From positions 5,768,001-5,832,000 of the forward strand of contig CM075993.1 in assembly GCA_038087875.1 (NCBI GenBank): 64,000 nt of DNA, given 5' to 3'. Under the pieces are notes generated by a model. That model did not search any database and was not told where the DNA came from. It saw only the letters and a program-made list of their open reading frames with translations. Position numbers and translations under genes: made by a program. Origin of the DNA: Malacoraja senta. Lineage: Eukaryota. Positions 52,501 through 61,500 of this stretch are shown here, in pieces (within the stretch, counting starts at the first letter, position 1; every line of letters begins with the position of its first letter).

Positions 52501-55500
52501 TATTACATCAGCTACCTGGAGAAGGTTGTCGAGGAATACATAATGGCAAAGTTGTCATATCTTCATCAAAACAATGCCATAGGCTTAACATCTCATTTAA
52601 AAATAACTGCACCTCATGCACGACAGGAACCCCCCCCCCCCCTCCCAACGATTCACTGGGAGCATCAGCCTAGCTGCTGTCCGAGAGCAGGACTAGAATC
52701 CATGACGTTGCCACCAGGAGATGAGTATGCACACATGGCCACAGCATGAAATGGAATATGTCAAGTTTCACCAAATGGCCAGAAATATATTGATAGCTAT
52801 GGTGCCCCCCGAATGACCTTCCATTTCTGCAACTCTCCTCATCCACACAAAGCAGCCTCCCCCCACCATCGACTCCATCTACACCACGCTGCCTCAGGCA
52901 AGAAGCCAGCATACCCAAGGACCATTTTCACCTCGGTCATTCCCTCTTCTCGTCTCTCTCTTGTCGGGGGGGAAGATACTGAAGCTTGAAAATAAGTACC
53001 AACAGGTTTAGGAACAGCTTCTTTCCTGCTGTTATCTGACTACCGAACAATCCTCTCATCAGCTAGGATGTGGTCTCGATCTCCAAACCTTCCTCATTGC
53101 GGATCCTGCACTTTCTCCGGAACTGCAATGGTACAATGCTGCAGTACTACAGTCTGCACTCTACCTCTTTGTATTCCTTGGTGTACTTGTGCATGGCTTG
53201 ATTGTACTCAAGTGTTGTACGATTTGACTGGATAGCACACAATCAAAGCTTTTCATTGCATCTCCGGCGCACATAACAATAATAAACCCTCGTCAATCTG
53301 ATCACTAACTTTGGGTGCATGACTTCCATCTTCATCTTCTGTTTGGGAGTTCGGTCTCCATGGCGAATGATTGCTATTACACAGCGTAGCTCCATCCTGC
53401 AAAAACACAATCAGTTTGCTTTGAACAAAGCACATTAAAAACATTTTAACAGGTACATTTGATAGGAAAGGTTTAAAGGGATATGGGCCAAATGCAGGCA
53501 AGCAGAACTAGTGTAGAAGGGGCATCTTCTAACCGACCCGTGGTCGGGGCCTCAAATAGGCCCCGACCACGGGTGAAAGTAGAGGAAGTGGACTGAACTT
53601 TGCTGCCTTCCCTCACAGTGGGAAACGTTGATCCCGCCGTGGGGGGATGTTTTTTATGTTTAATGTTAAATTACATAGTGTTATGTTTATTTTATTTGTG
53701 TGCTGCAATGGCAACTCAAATTTCACTGCACCAATTGGTATATGTGACAATAAATGTCTTATGTCCTTATGTCTTATGTTGTTATGTCTTGATTGGCAAG
53801 TTAGGCTGAAAGGTCTGTTTATGACTCAATGACACCCTCTGGCTTTATATTTCACTCCTCTGTCTCCTTATCTGACACCCTTTGGTCTCCTGTTTATCTC
53901 AATTCTTTATCCACCCATCTGCCTCTTAACTTATTTTCCAGCTTTTGCCCCCCTACTACAATCACTCTGAACAAAGGTTTCAAACTGAAACAATGCCTAC
54001 ACCATGTTCTCCAGAGACACTGCCTGACTCGCTGAGTTACTCCAGCACTTTGTCTTTTTTGTTGTTGTTGTAAACCTGCATCTGCAGTTACTCATGTCTC
54101 CATAAACCGAGCAAAACCCAGTTTCCAAACTCACCGAAACTTGCAATATCCACACTCAAACCTCAACTCCAACCTACCAGCGACAGAGGTACTTAGAGAA
54201 GAGTGGGAACGGGAATTAATGATAAAAATTACGAAGGTTACATGGGAAAAATATTTGATATACATTCACAAATGTTCGATTAATGCAAGACATAATCTAA
54301 TTCAATTAAAAATTTTACATAGATTATATTATTCAAAAACAAGATTAAATAAATTCTATCCAAATATATCCCCCACTTGCGATAAGTGTTTAACCCAAAA
54401 CGCAACTATAACACACTCTTTTGTTTCCTGTATAAAACTTTATAGATTCTGGAGTGATATTTTCAAAATATTTACCAAATTATTTAAGATAAAAATGGAA
54501 CCTAATAATGAATTGATTATATTTGTGGTAATGGAAGATGGGAATAAATTGAATCCATCTCAAAAATTATTTTTTAATTATGGTTTAATAATAGCAAAAA
54601 AATTAATACTTAAATTTTGGAAAAATACACCAATACCAACGCTCAAAATGTGGATTGCAAGTATGTTGGACACCGCACATCTTGAGGAAATGCGATTCCT
54701 CCTAAGAGATAAATGTGACCAATTCATAACGAGTTGGTCTCCATTTGTCGTCTTTTTGGAATCATATGGTGCAACACAATTGTAAAAGCTAACTGTCTCG
54801 GGACTGGGCGAGGGATGGTCAAGATTATAAATAATGATCTCCTTACTTCTTTTTTCTTTTTCTTCCTTTTTTCTTTTACTCTCTTTTTCCTATTTTCTAC
54901 TCTTTAACTTTCTTCTTTCATTCTCTATTTTTCTTCTCCACACACTATATATCTCACGTTTTTCTATACTTTATTATCTAATTTATTTTTCTTTTTCCTC
55001 TTTACTATAATAAAAAAATAAGAAGCTGTACATAAAATGTATTATGAAAATATGATTGTATACAATTGTACTTCTAATAAAATAAAAATATTTTAAAAAA
55101 ACAAAAAAACACTCAACTCCAGCTAGGCAAGAGCCAGACCGTCACCCGAACCACAACTCATAACCTCAAAACATTGCCTATCATTGTTGGAATACTCAAA
55201 ATGCCTCCAACAATTAAATTTGTTTTAAGAAGTAGTCAATTCTGTTTTATATGCAAACTTAGAACCAGTTTGAAAAAGAGCAAGGCAGTTATCCCTAGTC
55301 TCATGGCCATATTTATTCTGGGCCTATTCCATGCTGACTGACTCTAAAACAAAAAATAACATACATAAATGATAGAGCAGGTACAGGTACATTTAACAGG
55401 TACATTTGATAGGAAAGGTTTAAAGGGATATGGGCCAAATGCAGGCAAGCAGAACTAGTGTAGAAGGGGCATCTTCTAACCGACCCGTGGTCGGGGCCTC

Positions 55501-58500
55501 AAATAGGCCCTGACCACAGGTGAAAGTAGAGGAAGTGGACTGAACTTTGCTGCCTTCCCTCACAGTGGGAAACGTTGATCCCGCTGTGGGGGGATGGTTT
55601 TTATGTTTAATGTTAAATTACATAGTGTTGTGTTTACCTTATTTGTGTGCTGCAATGGCAACTCAAATTTCACTGCACCAATTGGTATATGTGACAATAA
55701 ATGTCTTATGTCCTTATGTCTTATGCCGTTATGTCTTGATTTGCAAGTTAGGCTGAAAGGTCTGTTTATGACTCAATGACACCCTCTGGCTTTATATTTC
55801 ACTCCTGTCTCCTTATCTGACACCCTTTGGTCTCCTTCTTATCTCAATTCTTTATCCACCCATAAATGATAGAGCACTGTAAGGGGCTATCAGCCCATTG
55901 TGCCCGTGTCCGTTGCTTAGCTCTCCAATTAGTCTTTCCTCACAACACTACTTCTCAAGTTCTTCTGGTCGAGCCTTCTACAATGTCTTTTCAGACAGTG
56001 CATTTCTGATCACTACAATTTCCTTGCATTAAAGAATTACATACATGTCAGATATATCTTGTCCTGACCATTCTGCTGCTGGAAACAAGTTTTTTTTAAA
56101 CTTCTAAATGAACTCAGGCAGCATCTGTGGAAGAAGACTACCTTTTGGGGTCAGGACCCTTCAAAGCTCGAGTAGAGAAGAGATGGTTGGAAGAAAGAGG
56201 AGGGGCAAGAACTGGCAAGTGATAGTTGGATCCATACAAGGAGGAGTTGATTGCAGATGCAGCAGATGGGAGAGAGATGGGTAGCGAGCCACAAGGACTG
56301 GGGGGGGTGATGTGAAGAAAACAAAATGGCTGCAGATGGTGGAATCTGGTAAGAATGGAGTGAGATATAGAAACAGAGGGAGGGATGGTAGACTGAGGGA
56401 AATGAGGGTGGAGAGGAAAGATGGGACCCAGTAGGAGTGGGTGATGATCAGAAGATTTCAGATTTCAAAATTCGAGCATCTGCTTCGGTTTCCCTGCTCT
56501 TACTTAGACACTGATTTTGAATACCTCTTGGAACCTCCCCTCCCAAGCAGAACAAAACCAGCTCCTCGAACTTCCTTTCATGCCAGGTAGTTAACAATAT
56601 TACACATAGTTTCACATGGTTAAGTAGGCCAGACCAGAACATGCACAAATGCTGGGGCTTCAACTTACATGGTTCCCGAGGTAGTTGGAACAATGGGAAT
56701 ATCTTCAGCCTCTGTGGGTATGGACCATGGTATCTGCAGTTGTGGGGCAAGCTCCCGCATAATTATGTTACTGGGGGGGGAAAAAGCAAACTGAATTCAA
56801 TTGCTTCATAGACCGAATATATAAATACTGTATTTAAAACAAGAGAAATATGTACTTCCCTACCCCGGGACAAATATGTACTTCCCTACTTTCCATACTC
56901 CCACTTAGACTCAACTTTTCAAATGTACAAATACGTGATATTAGGCATAGTACTTCTACCCTGTTCTGTCATTCGGTAGCTTTGTCTTGAAAATGTTCAA
57001 AAACTTTATTGTATCACGGTATGGGAAAGAGAGACCAAAGACTCTTAATCCTCAATGCTTCTATCTAAAATAGGCAACCCCCTTTATCAGGCCATGATCC
57101 TGCCCTGAAGAACTCCTACATTGATGCCCTGGGTCTGGGATGATTGACATCCAACAAACACGACCACCATCTTTTGTGAGAGATGTGATACCAACCACTG
57201 TGGGCAAAACCAGCAAGTTGCTCTGATAGAGGTCTAGTGCATACATAGGCTAAACTCTCTTAGCAGGAACCATTCTACAGTACACTAGTGGACTAGCAGG
57301 CTCGAAGGGCTAAACAGCCTCCTCCTGCACCTGTTTTCTATGTTCAGAATCTCGAGGCACAATTATTGATTCCATTTAAATCCCACATGAGAGATGGTAA
57401 ATTTAAATAAACACATTTGAAATTAAAAAGTTATCATTGGTAATGATGACTATGAAGCTAGTGGACTGTTGTCACTAAAATGCACCTTGGTCCTTAATGT
57501 CCTCCAAGGGTAGGAATATCTCATCTTCTGTTCTGACCATGTGCATCTACAGACTCACCTATACTGGCCTCCCCAAAGAGTGAATGACCAAGACACAATT
57601 GGAGTTTTTATTGTCAAATGTGCAAAGTGCAAACACACAATGAAATTATTTTCTTACAAAGTCCAGTAGAGTATCGCACACCTAACCACATCCTCAATTA
57701 GCAAGGGTTCAGAAATAGTCTATTGAGCCTGCATGTAAGAAGCTCCAAGTTCAAAGTTCAATCCGCTCTCTATTTCTTCTGAATGGTGTCCGATGGAGGC
57801 AAGCCCAAGGCTGCTGCGGGCAACCAGCCATTTCCTTCCTTGTATACGACATCCCTCTCCTCGCCCGTCCATCTTTGTTCCCAAGGAGCGCCCTTTGAAA
57901 TGACCCTCTCAAATCTACTCCCACTTCTGCCTGTAACTAAACGCCCCCCTCACAGAATGGTCCCTTCAACATAAATGCTATTCTCACTTGAAAACCCTTG
58001 CACTGGTGCAATACGAGCAAAAATGTTTTTATTTGATCCTTACCCAAGGATTTTTGCGCAGTCGTCATAATATTTCATCGAATTTTTCACGAAGCTGAAT
58101 CCATTGACGTCGCAAACATAGGAATGCCCATTTGCCCGCAACAGATCAAAACCACAGACAGTTTGCTATGAAAAACAAAATGGGCTCATTAATGAAAATC
58201 AATGCAACCTGCTGCCTCATGGCATTGGGAAGCTGGATCATACGGCACTTCTATAATCACAACAGAGGTTGGTGAATCTGTGGAAGGCTGTGGAGGCCAA
58301 GTCAGCGGATATTTTTAAGGCAGAGATAGATTTGTGATTAGTACAGGTATCAGAGGCTATGGGGAGAAGGCAGGAGAATGGGGTTAGGAGGGAGAGATAG
58401 ATCAGCCATGATTGAATGGCAGAGTACACTTGATGGGCCGAATGGCCTAATTCTACTATAACTTATGACCTTATGAGCCAGTCTAAACTTATTCTTATGA

Positions 58501-61500
58501 AAGACTTTAAATAAGAGACCAGTATCAAAATGATGGGAAGCAATATGATCAAAATAGGAAAACATGCAATACCAACAATTAAACCAGCATCACACACCAC
58601 TGTCAAATCAAGGCTTTGAAACATTCTCTTTATGGTAAAACTAGCAAACTGGCATATTTGGGACTGTGATAATGTTGAGAAAGCAAATTTTCTGTTCCAG
58701 TGGATATTAGAGCTATTAATTTTATTATCCCATTGCACATGGGAATTAAATACTCTTGACTCTTGACTAATTCCCGTGTTATACAGTTATATGATTTATT
58801 TTCACCCCAGAGAACCCGATAGGTTTAAACAGTGCTGGAAATATACAAACACACTGGGCCATTATGGGCTCCACCATTCCCGAGGACATCTGTTGCTGGC
58901 CCTGATTTGTTCTGGCCATTTCACACCTCCCCGCCCACCTCTGCTTTCAGTCGGAAGAACGGTTATGACCCTAAACATCGGCCATTCATTTTCTCCAGAG
59001 ATGCTGCCTGACCCGCTGAGTTACACCAGCATTTTGACTCCATCTTCAGTATAAACCAGCATCTGCAGTTCATTCCTATTAACACTGTGGGCCCGGGCTC
59101 CAGCTTCTGCCCTATCCGTGTTCCCGACTCCTGATATTGCAGACCCCAAACCCAGCTCTGGCTGCACGTTCTAAATGTACTCGGGAGCACTGGCTCACAT
59201 TCCACTCATGGATGTACCTGATGCCAAACGAGGATTTCTGAACAATCTAATGTAGGATTATCGGTCTTTATATACTGCACATGGCATGATATTGTTGCGT
59301 CCTATGGCGCTTCTTGCCACAACCTTCCTAACTAACCTTAAAAGCTACACAGACTTTCCTGGCGACAAGCTTTTCCATGGCTGTTAACATCACAGGGTAA
59401 CGAATCTCTTTGCCCTCACTGTCCCGTTCCACTTTTCCATCGAGGGCTGGCGATTTGCGAGCCTCAGCATGAGCATAGTCCGGACCAACAGTGTATACCT
59501 GCAAGGAAAAGGACATTACATTCATTACATCTGCCCACACACGATACAATCCAGATGACCCGCGATCCTTCTTCACCTTATCAGCTGGGAGTCAGATAAT
59601 ACTGAAATTACTCAGGAGGTCAGGCTACATCTGAGGGAGGAGAAACAGAGTCAACATTTCAAGTTGGAGACCCTTAAATCGGAGTTCTGATAAAAGGTCT
59701 CCAAACTGAAAGATTGACTCTAGTTCTCTTCCCACAGATACTGCCTGACCTGCTGAGCATTTCCAGCATTCTCAGTTTTTGTTTTATATATCCAGCATCA
59801 GGAGTTTTTTTGATTTTCATCCAGTATTCAGGCTATAGGGGTTATGAATTTCTCCACAACTGCAGAGGAGCTACAGCACAACTTATTCTGAGCTTTGTAA
59901 TCCTACCATACACTGCAGTTCCTGTGAAGAAACAGAATGTAATTTAGCATTTAATGCCAAATGTTTTTTCAAAGAAAAGCAGCAACTATTACTCTGTTAC
60001 TTGATTGCGTGTACTTATTTGTCAAAGAACAGAAATCTGATTTAGGATTCATGGTTCTATGATCATGTTGAATGATAGTATCCACATCCACCCCTACAAC
60101 AGAGAACTTTGCTCTCACCTCACAATTACCTCACCCAAATATTGAGATATACAAGTAGAAAATGGAACTGCACAAATGCACTGATGGTTTACACAAAAAA
60201 AACAAAGTGCTGGAGTAACTCAGCAGGTCAGGCAGCAATCTCTGAAGAAGTGTCCCGACCCGAAACGTCACCTATCGATGTTCTCCAGAAATGCTGCCTG
60301 ACCTGCGGAGTTCCTCCAGTACTTTATGTCCGATTGTGGGATACATCTCTCCCCCACCCCATGGGGACCGCCCTAGTTTCCACACTATGGAGGTAGACCC
60401 AGTCTTCCTCACTGACCTGCCCAAGTTCACAGTGCGCACTTTCAACAGAGCAACCAGAGCACTCTCTATTTATGTGTAGGAAGGAACTGCAGATGCTGGT
60501 TTAAATTGAAGATAGACACAAAATGCTGGACAGGCAGCATCTCTGGAGAGAATGAATGGATGATGTTTTGAGTCAAGACCCTTCCCTGAAGAAGGGTCTC
60601 TGAAGCCTGTCCCGCTGAGTTACTCCGGCATTTTGTGTCACTCTCTATTCATGATGCTATCAGAGCCATCAGCAGGTACTAAACCCTAACTGGAGTTATC
60701 TGATTCTGACTAAGTTGTACATCTGAGAATAATGATATTTATTATTTTTTAAATCACAGGCAGGGATAAAATTAAAAGAACTCCTGTATGCTTTTCCCCC
60801 AAGCAGTAAGGTATAACAGCTTACTGAAGTGCGCACAGCACCTTTACATCTGTTCCATCTGTTGGCATGAATTCTTCGTAGATGTATGAACCAGTCTTAC
60901 GCACGGTACTTTCAGGAGAGTAGACGCTGCTCCGACTTCCAATCTTAAAAAGTAGATATGAGAAGGTAAAAATCAAATTACATTAACAGGCCGAAGATAG
61001 CCACAAAAAGCTGGAGTAACTCGGTTCCCTCTTATACCTTAACAGGCCCATGTGTTCTAATGCTATCCGAATCAGAAGGTACAAGAGACTTGCTGGGCCT
61101 GGAAAGCAGCAACAAATACACATTTCATTGTTCCATTGCCACTACATATGACAATTAAACATTTTTTTGGACTCTCGACATGAGAAGAGGTTGTACTTCA
61201 CAGCTATTTTGTTGTTCATTTTAACAGAGGAAATACTAGAGAGATCGGGAGTTCCTGAGTAAAATACAATACAATTTATTTATTGTCATTTGAACCTCAA
61301 ATGAAGTTCAAACAAAATTTGGTTTCTGCAGTCATACAACAAGAAAAAAACCAAGACACACAATTAACACAAACATCCATCACAGTGAATCTCCTCCTCA
61401 CTGTGATGCAAGGCAAAGTCTTGTCTCTCCCCTGTGTTCCATTCTTCTCCCGATGTTAAAACCCCCGGTGGGTGATGGCAAGTCCCGCGGCTGTTAAGGC

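Noticed and set aside
54141..54785. 214-aa ORF as a nested host gene
   Set aside because: It is an L1/Tx1 ORF2 C-terminus with TSD and A tail, and it lacks an ATG start at the called position.
53441..55863. Direct repeats flanking the L1 as LTRs of a composite element
   Set aside because: The L1 has its own TSD, and only the second repeat copy is TSD-bounded.
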